From Octopus vulgaris (lineage: Eukaryota): a stretch of 64,000 nucleotides of DNA. The notes below the pieces were generated by a model. That model was given only the letters and a program-made list of their open reading frames with translations, was not told the origin of the DNA and searched no databases. Below, piece by piece: positions 13,701 through 27,416 of this stretch (the stretch's first letter is position 1; every line of letters starts with the position of its first letter). Position numbers and translations under genes: made by a program. Location: NCBI GenBank assembly GCA_951406725.2, contig OX597815.1, positions 173,538,001-173,602,000 of the forward strand, given 5' to 3'.

Positions 13701-15185
13701 AGTTTTCATATCCACAATTACTTCTCGCTTTGTCAATTGCCTTGAAGTGATACAGTCTCATGTAGAAATGTTTTTCCATTTTGAATGATCTGTATACTGT
13801 CTCATAGCCTATTTCAGCTACACATCTAACCAAACTCTAAAATCTATGTATATGTACAAACATACATGCATATGGAAATATTCTGAATGAATAATTAAAT
13901 CATATAAAAACCAAAGCAAGATGAGATGACACAAGAAGAATAACCAACAAGATGATACTATCTAATTAAAGTTAACACTTAAATGAGACAGTGCAATTTG
14001 ACACCTTTAAATTTAACACATTCAGATGTGAAGATGTTAGATACTTATCTAACAGCTTCAACAAAGGCACATCTGCCGTTTTCAATACAAGAATCTAAAT
14101 CTTAATGTGAACAAATCTTACTGCCAAACCTTCAAGTTTACTCTACACCTTTTCTCTCACTAGTTTCTTCAACAAAGAATTAATTATCACTACTCACAGA
14201 TCAAGTCCGTATACTAAAGCCTTAATCACACTTAGAACTGTCTGATGATTTACATATATACCAGTTTTATTACTAGTGCTACTTAGTGTCTCAAACGCAT
14301 TTCATACTTTATTACATAATTAATCATTAAATATTTAAACTACTGGAAAAAACACCAAATGATGCCAAGCTACAAAATGTTGCCTAACCCACAGCCAACT
14401 GGTCTGATTTGCATTTTTGGCCAGTTATCTACAACAGCAAAACCATTTGAAATTGCTTGTTCTCAGTTATTGTCAAGGTAATAGTTACCATAAAAACCCA
14501 TGTAATTTGCACACTTGTGTAATTTACGCAGGTGATTTTCAGGATAAAATTTGTTAAAAAAGAGCTTCTACTCATGTAAAATTTGCACCCAGAAGTTTTC
14601 AGAATTGCCAATATAGCCAAGGGAAAAAAGTTTTCAATTTAGTTGTATTTAGCATAATTTCACTTACTTATGATTAGATTTTATTAAATTTTCGTTAAAT
14701 AAAAATAATTTCTGTTTAACAGGTATCATATTGAAAGCTATTAAATTACAATGTGTTTGTGTTGTTTATAATAAACTTTATTTTACATTTCTTGTGCACA
14801 AGAGATTATGTCCAATCTTTAGCATACTGCTGTATGTTTTCTCAAATCCTGATCACAAGAAAAGTTATTGATGAGAATTATCAACAAAAACAAAGCTGAT
14901 AAATATGCACAGGTGTTGCCAATTAAGTTTAATTACCAATAAACATCAGCTTGAATGACACTTTACTCAACTGACTGAGGAAGGTGACTAATCAAACTGA
15001 TTATGTAAACAGAATTCTTTTCTGCCTATTCTTGTCAGAACCTTTGATATGGAGTATCAAAATATTAGTCCCTTTAACACTTACAAATGTCAAGCAAACT
15101 TTAACATTTGTCATTACCATTATTGTCAGTATGGGTAGAACTTATGAATTGTTTACTGCGAAGGTGAAATTAAATATGTTGAATA

Positions 15186-15572
15186 GGCGTAGGAGTGGCT
15201 GTGTGGTAAGTAGCTTGCTTACCAACCACATGGTTCTGGGTTCAGTCCCACTGCATGGCACCTTGGGCAAGTGTCTTCTACTATAGCCTAGGGCCGACCA
15301 AAGCCTTGTGAGTGGATATGGTAGACGGAAACTGAAAGAAGCCCGTCGTATATATGTATATATGTGTGTGTAAGTGTGTATATGTTTGTCCCCCAACATC
15401 GCTTGACAACCTATGCTGGTGTGTTTACGTCCCCGTAACTTAGCAGTTCAGCGAAAGGACCCGATAGAATAAGTACTAGGCTTACAAAGAATAAGTCCTG
15501 GGGTCAATTTGCTTGACTAAAGACAGTACTCCAGCAAGGCCACAGTCAGAATGACTGAAATAAGTAAAAGAG
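15186..15572 (+). mobile_element. Full-length tRNA-derived SINE, family A (resembles octopus OK/OR-type SINEs)
   Basis: Has an A-box-like gtggctgtgtggtaag, a B-box-like ggttcagtcc, an internal (TA/TG)n tract and the 3' end gactgaaataagtaaaagag. A close copy lies at 40358. Confidence 0.9.
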
Positions 15573-15949
15573 ATGCATTTGAATGTGACGATAGAACTGC
15601 CGGAAGGCATTTTAATGTTAATGAAGCCAATGTACATGAAAAATCCTGTATGCCACTGTATTATTCACAGAGCTGTTTAAGAGTTAGAGAAGAAACTGTA
15701 AAACAAAAAAAGCAACACTTTGTCTCCTAAGTAAACTTAGTAAAGACAAAAGTTTAGTAAGCATGAAAATAGAACTCTATAGTTATCTGGGAAGTGGCTA
15801 TGATTAATATGTAAAAAAAAAAAAAAAAAAAGGGAGTAGGTAGGAATTCCATACAGTAAATCAAATGTAAATTATGGGTGCACAAGGATATAGTGGGGCT
15901 GATAGAGAAGGAAATGCACAGGGGAACTTAGCAATAAGAGCATTCATGA

Positions 15950-16583
15950 AATAAATTCTTTCAAATGCCTAGATGGCTCCCTAGAAATAGTTGCTAGCTC
16001 CTGCTATCCAGGTGACCTAATTGGCAGTGAAGGTGGGTGTTCCAAATACATAGTAGCTAGATTAAGAATGGGGTGGAAAAAGTTCAAGAGATATTACTTC
16101 TGCTAGCAACAAAAGATTCTTTCTCCATGTGAAATGCAGACTGTATGATGTTTGTGTATGAAGAGTATGAGGTGTGATATTGCATGGCAGCATAATACAG
16201 GTATTGAATGCAGAGGATGGGTGAGAGCTGGAAAGAAATAAGGTTATCATGTTCTGCTAGATGTGTAATGTGAGTGTACAAGAATGACAGAGCACAAATG
16301 AGTTGAGAAAAAACCCGAGTATAAAAAGAATCAGATGTGTGCAAAAGAGGACTGTTTGTACAGGCATGTGATATGTATAAGGTAAAGAAGTACCAAATGT
16401 AGTGGAAGGAACATGCTTAAGAGGAACAACAAGGAAGATATGACGGAAGTGAAGGCTTATCTTGGAAGGCTGAAACACATGATGACAACAAGGGTTTGGA
16501 ACATATGGTGAGGTGCTATGCTTGGAGAAAGCCCATCCAATTCTTACAAGCATGGCAAAGCAGATAGAAAATGATGTTGATGG
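15950..16583 (+). mobile_element. 3' fragment of an RTE-clade LINE
   Basis: LEIVASSCYPGDLIGSEGGCSKYIVARLRMGWKKF matches the RTE post-RT motif (F.YLGD.I...GG......RI..GW.KF). Ends in a GAT-type tail. Confidence 0.75.
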
Positions 16584-19500
16584 TCACACACACAAAGATA
16601 CACAAAATCTCATATCTCTATCTTGAATCTAGATTGTTAAGAGAAATGAGTAGAAAGAAAGGAAACACAGAAAGATTATGTAAATAATGAAGGGGAACTA
16701 AACATGAATCAGAAGATATAAGATGAGCAAATCAGTTAAGTGATGTCATTCAATTAAGGTTGTTGCATAAATGAGAATGCACAATTTATATTTACAAAAG
16801 AAAGCAATTTTTGTAGCATAAATCAAGTCTTAACATCTGTTCTCCCATACTGTGGCAGGAGTTTATCTATAATATCAAGAAATTCTTGAAAGACAGAAGT
16901 GACAAAACAATTTGATTTAGAAACATGAGAAAGATATGTGTAATGTTTGAGGATGATATACAGTCAAAATGTTAAAGTTTCTTTTCATATAACCTATTCT
17001 AATAGCAAAATAAATAGAAAAATACATTATCATAAAAACTTTATGTGGTTGAATCAACGATGCACTACTTCTTGCTTGCAGACATATGATATCAGAAAAG
17101 AAAAGCTATTTTTAGCTAAAAGTGCCCATTGATAGATCTCTAGAGTAAATTCTACTGATACTTTTTATCATTCGGCTTAAGCTTGTTTTTCTAGCTAAGA
17201 TAGTTGCAGTTGGTTTCTTACTTTACAATGTGATATAAGAATAAAGAGAGCTTTAGAACCACATATGATTAACTCATTATAGTGATGATAATGAGGATGC
17301 TGAGAACATTATTATTACTATAATTATATTATTATAATTAATAATAATAATCCATGGGTATGGCATATAATAAAGAAAATAGTTATTGTTCCATTAATTA
17401 GATGAATAGATTATTTAAACTTGCACTGTATTTTAAGATAATCATTCCACAAATCATAAAACTAAAAATAATAAGAGTGATGCCTAAAATCAGTGTTTAT
17501 AAAGCGACAGGTATATGGTAGGTAACCTTTTCTGAAATACTTGGTGTTTAAAGTAAAAATGATAATGTATGATTATTAAACTATTTAAAGAATTCACTTA
17601 GAAATGAATATCTATAAATAAATAATATTATAATCAGTTTGTATCTTTCAAAAGTAAGCAGTAGACACTAAACTAGTACAAATACTATATTAGGAAATGA
17701 CTGACAAAGAGTTTATATTTTGTATGTCATCCATACAAGATATACTTGTTGAAATAGGTTTCAGAAGCCAGTAAAGGCAATATTCATATAAATATTTGAG
17801 AAAAATTAGGAAAACCTACTGATAGATACAAACCAAAAATGTAAATGTAAAAGCATTGATGTACTACATAAAAAAAAAAGAAAGTTTTAATTTCATAATG
17901 CCAGCAATCACGAAACTCATTGTTCAAATTCCATATAATCAAATAATTTCCACACAAAAAAAATAGACACTATGTAGTTGTTTTAATTTTCTTTTTTTAG
18001 ATATACACATTTAAATGTTTAAAAAAAAATGATAAAGAAAAAAAATTAACTTGGCAAAAAAAACAAACAGATTTCTTCATTAAATAAAGGAAAAAAAGCA
18101 ACACACACAGATGCATATACATAAACTTATACAAAGTCTATATCTCATAGCATTATCAAGGTTACACAGTAGATACACACCCAAAGCTAATATTTGCTTT
18201 GATGGAAAACCCAATATATATAGAAATATAATGGAGAAAAAAATCCAAGCTGTATGTAATTGTTTCAAACTTATCAGATCTGATAAAACTACTTGTTAAC
18301 AATATTGATTCAGCTATATCAGGTGTTTAAATGACAATTACTTTTAGGATGAAAAAAAGACTAATGAAATTACTAATGGTATGAATTTATCAATTCTCTT
18401 TTCTTTGGCAAGCAATTCATACTCTTAATTCACAATTAATACTGATAAACTAGGAAGAAGGTAAAAAACGAAATGCTGTTAACAAAAATGGAACATTCCG
18501 TACATAGGCTTTGTCTGGGAAAATGTGTTAATTAATTATGAAGAAATGAATGCAAGGAAACAATATTTTGCCATTCCTAATTAAGCTTGCAGAATAAAAC
18601 AAGCAGGAAAATAAACCTTTGAGAAAAAGAATTTATAGGTAATTGCAAAAGCCATCAGAACTAAAATTCTGCTAGTCATATGATTGTTATAAGGAAATTG
18701 TATTAAAGACTGTCTATTCAAAATGCTTTGCTCATTCTCTAGAAGGTATTGTTGTGTTCCATGTTTCTAATGAACTGCAATCTTAACTAACTACAAACGA
18801 ATACATAACAATATGCATAAGTTAACACAGAAATATTCTCCTTCCTTCTCTCATGTACACACACACACTCTAACTGCTTGAAGTCCATTAAGTTTAGCTT
18901 TCAATAATTTCTTACTTCTCTACAATTCCCTGAGCGACAACAATGGCTGGTCAAGTACTTCTAAGGACATTAAACCTTTTGACAAGCTTTTAAAATAGAC
19001 TAGATAAGGATTAGATGAGAGCAAGTGAACTGTTTTAGAGAATAAAATGAAGAACAAATGGATCATGACTTATCAATAAGAATCTGGCTTATCAATTTCA
19101 CATCTTTAATCTCAACATGTATATCATAACATTTTCCTCAATTATATCCTAAATGTGCAATAACAAGTGCCACAGTCAACTCTACATCACAGCATCATTT
19201 TAACTTCATAATCAATCAAAGTTCAATACAAAGACATATCAGCAATCTATGTCAGAACATTATATCAACATTTTAGTATAACTTTCATTAAACCAGAAAA
19301 TTCAAAATACCATAAGTAATAATTATAGCAATCCAGTTTGTATGTTCAAATCACTATGTTATCAGTTCTCTTTAATAAATTCTGACAAGTCTAAGATACT
19401 GATTCCACATTTTCTAGTTGACCAGTATTCATAACAAAATCAATGAAATATTGTATCTAAGTAACTCAAACAATCATACTACATCTCACAACCAAAACAC

Positions 19501-22379
19501 AAATGACAAAATAGCAGTACAAACGATCTGTTAATTAGACAAATGGTTCCTTCATACCAATCATCTTACAATAGAAGCATGCAAAGGAGAGTTTCATGAC
19601 TAACAAAGCTTACTCCCAATTTTTTTCTAAATACTAATTTTTCTTGCATCACATGTTTCCAAATCTACAAAGACAAATATTGGTTTCAAACTTTAGCACA
19701 GTATTTTAGGAGAGGGGGAAAGTTTGTTATATTGAGCCCAGTGCTCAACACTGGTACATATTTTATCAAGGATGAAAGGCGAAGTTGACTTTGGCAGCAT
19801 TTGAATTCAGAACATAAAGACAGACAAAATGCCACTAAGCATTTTGCCCAGCATGCTAATGATTCTCCCAGCTCACAGCCCCTACAAACACAAATATTAA
19901 CCAACATTTCCTGTACATCTAACAATACATATTCACAAAAAGTTCACTTTTGTTGTTGTCTTTCCTTTATAACCATTTTACCTTTTTTTTCTTCTTAACT
20001 CTGCATTTATCTTTACATCCTACAATCAAATGTACCCATAAACTGTTTCTTACAGTTCTTTCCTTAGGCCTTCAATAAAATCATTCAGCATAGTTCATTA
20101 CTTTAAAGGATATTTACACCAAACACTAAATTACAATAAAGAATTACATATCAATTATACTTCAGTTAACTTAAACACCTTCATTAAAGGTAAAGGTGTT
20201 TTGCTATACTTTTACTCATATTTTGTTGGAAACATTCACAAAATTTTAAATTGGTTTGTCTGCAAACATATCAGACATTTACTCACAAACAATAAACAAA
20301 TGTCTAAGAAATGTTCTATTCTATCATGAATTTGGAATTAGATATATGAATGGGTGACAGGAGGTCAAGAAAGATGGAGAGAGAGTGTTCCAAGATAGAT
20401 ATGTTAGAATATTATAAAGACTTATTTTTATTGTATATTACAATTTCATTTTTCCTCACTAAGTCTAATTAAAATTCAACAAGAATTTTTGCGATGTTCA
20501 ATGAAACCTAGTCTTCTGCTGACTTGCTTCTAAAATAAAACTGACAATGATTGGATCAGAGCAAGCTTACCATTTTATAAAGAATAAAGGAAGGAACTAA
20601 TAGATCATGTTCAGTAGTATGATATATTCATATTTGTTTCATGACTGAATTATCAAATAAGCTGAAGCAAACTGACCCCCACCTTCCAATAAATAAATAA
20701 ACAGTATGCAACCATGTTCCAGTATTTGACTAAGTATTTAAGGCAGGATTATTTGTCCTTCATTTGCCTTCACTGGTATTTAGCAAACTTTTGAAAAGTA
20801 AAAATATGTCTCTAGCTTAATCCATCATCATTTAGATTTTAAATCTATAGATGACAACAAGGATATTTTTCTATCTAACATTTATTCTCTACTTCAATTA
20901 CATATTCATATCAACACACTGTCTCTTGTATGCAGCATATAAATCCTCTAATACCTGTTTTCTGTAAACACACTTGTAGTCTTGTAAATTTCAAATAGAC
21001 ACCCAATAAAATGCCATCAGTCATTCTATGTCCCCTGTCTAGAACGCCTATACTTTACAGGGAAAAAAAAATCATACTTTTGGCTCATGTGTATAATAAA
21101 TCATTTTTTTCATCAGCAAAGAAGAAAATATCTAAGTTCATACACTTAATGATCTGGTCAATCCAGGCTGTTAAGTTCAATCTTTCAGATACTATCAAAA
21201 ATGTATATAACATTATAGTTGATTTGCAGTTTGTGTAACATTTAATTACTACTCTAATTCATCTACTTATAAACATTCATTCCACATATTACTTTACTGC
21301 CATTATCTTAATGTGAATGGAATGTCAAAATTCTTACAATTAACCTACTTACTGAAGCTGAGCCAAATTACAAGTAAACCTTTTTTGTCCCTTTTCTTTT
21401 TTTGTAATAAGTTCAACATTGACTTTATAGCAAGAACTATATTATAGAGAAGTACTTAAGAAATTTCCAGACAAGTCATGAATATGAGAGGAAAAAAACT
21501 GAAGAGAACACTTGGTGGATTATACAATTTAGTTATCAGAATATATACTGTTACAGTTTTCAGCCATCCAACTTAGTTAAAGCTGATTATATTGATGCAA
21601 GTACTTTTTCAGGTACATGTTTTATCAACCTTAAAAGAGCACAACAGGCAGTGTCAACCAAGTGTGAAGGGAAACAACACCAGTACTGCCATTCCAGATA
21701 AATTCATACACAAATATATATCATTGCTATTATGTTAAACTGTCATATGTCCAAATGCATCCCCTCCCCCAATACTTAATCTAGCTTGCAATAGCTGGTT
21801 CTTTTGGTCAGGTCAAACTATCATATCTCCAGCTGCTTCAAATGCCAAGATATGAAAATTGTCAAAGTTTAGTACAATGATTTAGCATTTTTCAAAAAGT
21901 GTAGTAAGTCCCTAATATGACAATTTTGCAAAAATATTTCTGACTGAAAATATACATGCATGGAGTTATGATTTTATGCACCCAACAAAGTATCATTGTC
22001 AAACAAACTGTTGCTAATGTAAAAAGAAATGGAATGGTGAAACTATTTTTTTGTTTTCTGAAAAAGTAATGTTTTGGATTCATGACACTTTTGCATAATA
22101 GCAATGATATATAAACACACATACAGACATTAGAAAATGATAGCGGTCCACTAGCCCTCATTGATATCAAGAGGTATAGAGACACTATTATGGAAAGCTG
22201 TTGACAGATATAGAGTCTACAAATTCATAAACAATATAAGACAGAGAATGTAACAAGACCAACAGGGGTTGTTACTCGTGCCGAAAATAGCTTGTGAAGT
22301 AGGTCATCCATTAAGCATTGAAACTGTCAGTCAGACAGTACATCAACAATGATTGGCATATAAGTATCATAATTTAATG

Positions 22380-23530
22380 CTACAAGGGCAAAAGAAAAGA
22401 GCATCTGAAGAAGCATCAAATTGATGGAGCAAGATATGAAAATAACAGGAAGAGTAATAGCACAATTAATTACAAAGAGAATCAGAATAATACAATTTGG
22501 ATTTGTACCAGGACAAAGTACCACTGATGCCCTCTTCCTAGTAAAACAAAACAGAAGTTCTCAGCAATGTACAAGCCACTATACCAAGTGTTCATTAACA
22601 AAAATAGATGAAGATGAATAGCATATGAGTATCATGGAAGCCATGTACAGGGGTGTTATTTGTAAGGTGAAAGTTAGCAAGAATTTAGTATAGAATTTAA
22701 CATAGTTCTCGTAACAAAGGAGCTAAAGAATGACTGCTGGAAGGAATTTCTCTGTGCGGATGACATAGCTCTCATAGGTAAATCAATTAAAGGTAAAGAT
22801 TAATAGTAGACCAAAGAATTCAGAGACCTGAAACTAAACTAGGAAAAGCAAAACATCTTAGTAAGAAAGAATACAGGACTATGACATTCAGGAAGTGGCT
22901 ATGCCTGATATGAAAGAAAAGAGTAGGTAGGAATTTGATATTGTATATTTAATGTAAACTATGGGTGTAAAAGAGATGTAGTGGGATCACAGTAAAGGAA
23001 GACTTCATCTGTTATTAGTAATGAGAGCACTCAAAAACTTCAAATGCCCAGAAGATACCCTTGAAGTAGTTGATAGCTTCTATAACCTACAAAATCAAAT
23101 TTACAGTGCAGATAGTTGCACTGAAGGTATAATAACTAGAGTATTAATGAGGAGGAAAAAGTTTGGAGGCTATTGTCTCTGCTGGCCACAAAAGATTTCT
23201 TTCTTTAAATGAAAGTTAGTCTGCATGCTCTGCTTGTTGTGTATTAGTGTGCTTGAGCAATGGAGTACAAAACGAGTTGAGAAGAAACTCTGTATATACG
23301 ATGAATCAGATACAGTGTACAACATTGAAGACTTAGCTACCATGAGCATGTGTTACATTTATAGAGAATGAAAGATGCGTAAAGAAGAGGAAGCAACTTG
23401 AAAGAGAAGATAAAAAAAAAGACATGGAAAGGAGTGGTGAAAGCAGATTTGAGGAGGCTGATCCTATGAACGCAGAAAACAAGTGATTTCAACTAGTGGT
23501 GAGATACTGTATTGAAAATTACATAACATG
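22380..23530 (+). mobile_element. RTE-clade LINE remnant (RT and C-terminal region)
   Basis: Contains QFGFVPGQSTTDALFLVKQ (RT domain 2/2a), EFLCADDIAL (YADD-like) and LEVVDSFYNL. Many stops and indels; boundaries approximate. Confidence 0.8.
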
Positions 23531-24305
23531 CTTCATGCAAAAGGATAGTTACTGGATACACTATACTCACTCTCTCTGTGCTATCAGTCATCACACTCTT
23601 TCTCTTGCGACATTTGCTATTGATGTCCATCACTCACTCTTATCAATGTCATCCACCACCACCACCACTATCCATCATTCTCCTTCCTTCTCTACCACCT
23701 TCTTGCTGCAATCACCTAAGGTAGCATATACATATGTGTGTTTGCTACTGTTTTATGTACTTTCAGTTTTTTTCTGTAATTTCTATGTATTTTTACGTGT
23801 GTGCATGTGTGATCATTTCTCATCTATTATCCAATGCTGGCAAGGGTGGGATAGCCTGACAAGAATTCAACAAGGTGGAGGAACATGCTATACTCTAGTG
23901 TCTGTTTTGACATGGTTTCTATGGCTGGCAGCACTTTCTAATGCCAACCACTTTATGGAGTGTAATTGGTGAATTTTTTATGGTACCAGAACTAGTGATG
24001 TTGCCATGTAGTTTGCAAGACTAAAGAACATAAAGGGTTTCTATGAATGAAAGAATAAGAGAGAGAAAACAATGATTCTAGATAAGATAACAAGAGAGGC
24101 TGAAGTATGATTAAAGAAACCGATTTCTAGTTGTGAGAGAGCACTAGTGAAGAGAGTAACAGAGTATACATTATGTACATAAAGAGGATGTATAAGGGAC
24201 AGGAGAAAGGAAGAAAGGATTGAGGATAGGTGTTGAGAAGCAAGAACAGCTATGGGGAGAGTACAGTAAGAGCAATAAGACTGGAGGAGAAGTGGATGTG
24301 ACATA

Positions 24306-24341
<36 letters not shown>

Positions 24342-26879
24342 TGCACATGCATGGCTGTGTGGTTAAGAAGTTTCCATTGCACTGGTGTGGTTTTGAGTTC
24401 AGAGACAAATGACTCATGATGAAACTGGTTGGCAGAAATTGGATACAGGTGTTGTGTGTGAGAAAAACATGCACACAGAAAGGTGTGCATGTGTTTTTCT
24501 CTTCTCATTGCCTTAATGGCATATGTGTACTGCATAAAAACAATATGTTACCATCTATTATACAATGCTTTTGCTTTCCTTCTGCAGCAAATCATGCCTG
24601 GCTATTGGCCTGTTCAACAGATTGTAGAGAATGGGAACATGTGACTGGAGGAGTATCCAACCATCGGAAAACTGCTCAATAAGTTTTGTCTGTTCCAAGC
24701 CAGTGTTGAAAAGTGAACATTAAAAGGATGATAATTGGAGAGAGAGAGCGATATTCAACTTATTTCAAAGTCAACAAGGCTGGCCTTCTCTATGATGTGA
24801 AGACAGAATTTCTTTTTATGGAGCAGAAACCTAAGGGAATTTTAAAACAGGTTTGATGGTATACACACCAACTCATGAGAGATGTGAATTACCAAAGTTA
24901 AAGGGATTCCTATCATAGCATTGTAAAGCACATCTTAATTGCAGCCACTTGAAGATGAATGTGTGAGCATGTGCATATGTATCCTGCAAACTGATGTACA
25001 GCTTCCATTTGACAAATTTTACTCATAAGGGCCATAGTAGAAGATGCTATGCAGCAGGATCACAATTCAGCACCACATGTTTGCATACTGAACTACTCAG
25101 TTAGAGAGATCAAACTTTCACATTTGTACTATGTTATAAATCAAACAACTTTCTGAAATTATAAAAAATGTATATGTACCAGTATTAAATCCTTAGAAAT
25201 GAAACTTTATAAATTAGCAATTCTTTATTACAAGACAAAAAAAATTATAAAAGTCGAGGAATAATCTATTTATTAAATAGATTTCTGATTAGAGCCTACA
25301 TATTTAAACTTTCAATGTGATACTTTCTATGTGGTATATTCCCCAACAATCAATGACAATTACACAAATGATGTCCAAATTTTTTACTGGGGTCATGCAA
25401 AATATTCGTCAGAAAAATGGTGTTATATTTTCAGCTCTTTGATATTAAATACATATTTATATTCCCTATTAAAGTAATGATTTACATAATCCAGTTATAT
25501 TGTTAGATCTTCAAATTAAATTCCCGGAGAATAATAGATTAGGAAATGATAACTATATTTTGAAAAGTCAAGATGTAATTTCTCCTATTGTTATTAAAAT
25601 ATGCATTCCATTTTAAATCATTGATTGTGTGACAAGATGTTTATAATTTCTATTTATTAAATAATGATAATTACCATACACTTCATCAAGGACAGCTTTT
25701 ACAAATCATAACTTATTTACAGTAAACAAAAGATAACTCCTTTAGCTAGCTTGCTTCAATTACAAAACAATGGACAGCTGTTGTTGCTATTTATATTTTA
25801 CTGTTCAGATCTAATAGCAAAATATTGTTTTATTACACAGAACTGTTTGAAGGAAACAAGATGGTTGGCAACATTTCAAATAGGTTAAATGAGTACAACT
25901 TTGTAGCTAGAAGTAAGTGTTAGTAAAAGCCACTAAGAGAAACGTTACATGAAATAATAAAAATAAAAGATAGGATTTACCTCATTGATGCAATATTCAA
26001 TTAACAAAGAAAATGTCAATGATTCCAATGATAGTGTATTTACAGTATTCAAGTGAAAAGTTTAACTGTAAATCTCGCATTTTTAAAATTATTACCAAGA
26101 TGATTCAATTCAGTTCTATTGTCTTAGCACAACAATACAACAAACATCAAATACGTGGAAATATTTAGATAATACACCTGTGCAAACTACTATTTTATAT
26201 TCTATTAAGGAGATGTTTAATATTTTTTTATATTCTGTTGAAGAGATATTTAATGCAAATGACCAACAAAATAATATTATTTTACACAAGCTACGAGAAA
26301 GCTTTTATGGAGTTACTTGGTTTGCTAGAAATAGCAATCAAATCAGTCCTTTATCTATTGTTTTAAAAATGGAAGAAAACATGCAACAAAAAAGACAGAA
26401 CAGCCCTGAGTGAAATACTTTTGATCATAGGCTTGCTTGATCAGAGCTTATATGAGGCTAAAGAGTAACAACATAATTTTACAAGCTCCATTGGAATTTT
26501 TACGAGAGCTTTCTTTTAATTCAATGTTTATTTTATTCCTGTTTTCAGAACAAAAATAAAAGGACAACTGTAAGATTATAACTAAAATGACTTAGCAGAG
26601 AGTAAAAGTATACATATGAACAAATTAAGTACAAATGCATCATGGTAGAGTCATGATAGATTAAAAAAAAAACAAAAAACATACATTTACTGCTTTTATT
26701 AACTTAATTTTAATTACCTTAATAAAATAATTTTATCAGCTCAAATTAACTTGCAAAAAATTAGTGCAATCAAGGATTTGTGAGGGGGAAAAAAAATAAC
26801 ATTTGTCAAACATACAAGTCTAAGATGCATATTTGAAGAGGAAAATTATGCCACATGTTTAGTTTAGTCTATTGTAGAT

Positions 26880-27416
26880 AAAGACATTTTAAAGATGATG
26901 AGAGGAGCAAGTGAATCTAGTTACATTTAGGAGAACAATAGCTATTTTCATAGCACTAGAAGAGGCAAAGAAAAGCAGCAGCTTGTATCATAGTGGTTGT
27001 AGCGTGTTGGTGGCTGAGACTTCATCAATCAAGCAGGATTTGATGGTGGTAGTGGCGATGGTTAGGAGGGAGCTAGGGTGTATTGTATACATAGCAGTGG
27101 TGACTACCCAGATATCTGAGCAGTACTCCAAAATGGGGAAATCATTTTTGCAATGTTGGCGAGGCATGGCAGTTACCAACTGATCAGGCGCGAAATCATT
27201 TCAGGCCTTGAAAATTATATGTAGTCTTTGTAAACCAGTACTGATAATATTAAAGACATGAGGCCACTACCAGAGATTAGATATTACTAAGCATTTGCAG
27301 CAACTTTGTTTTAGCAATGTATCATTCATTTGATGTGGTGTGTAGTGCAAAACTATTTCTTTTATATTTAAACATGTTCTAGTATTGTAAAAGGACTGGG
27401 CTGTCATGTCTCCATT
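26880..27416 (-). mobile_element. CR1/Jockey-like LINE C-terminal remnant
   Basis: SNLW*WPHVFNI...DQLVTAM...PILEYCSDIW...LIDEVSATNTLQPL resembles the RP.LEYCSHIW...LQPL thumb region. Confidence 0.65.

Noticed and set aside
15186-15260. tRNA-like sequence with A and B boxes
   Set aside because: It is a SINE head that continues into the SINE body and occurs in many copies; it has no complete cloverleaf.
18916-18960. Possible 45-nt phase-0 minus-strand exon (KYLTSHCCRSGNCRE) between tag and gtaaga
   Set aside because: The peptide is not spectrin-like, and such splice-site pairs are expected by chance in AT-rich introns.
23496-24682. 158-aa and 164-aa ORFs
   Set aside because: They run through low-complexity purine/pyrimidine tracts, (CA)n and SINE fragments, with no domain signal or splice support.
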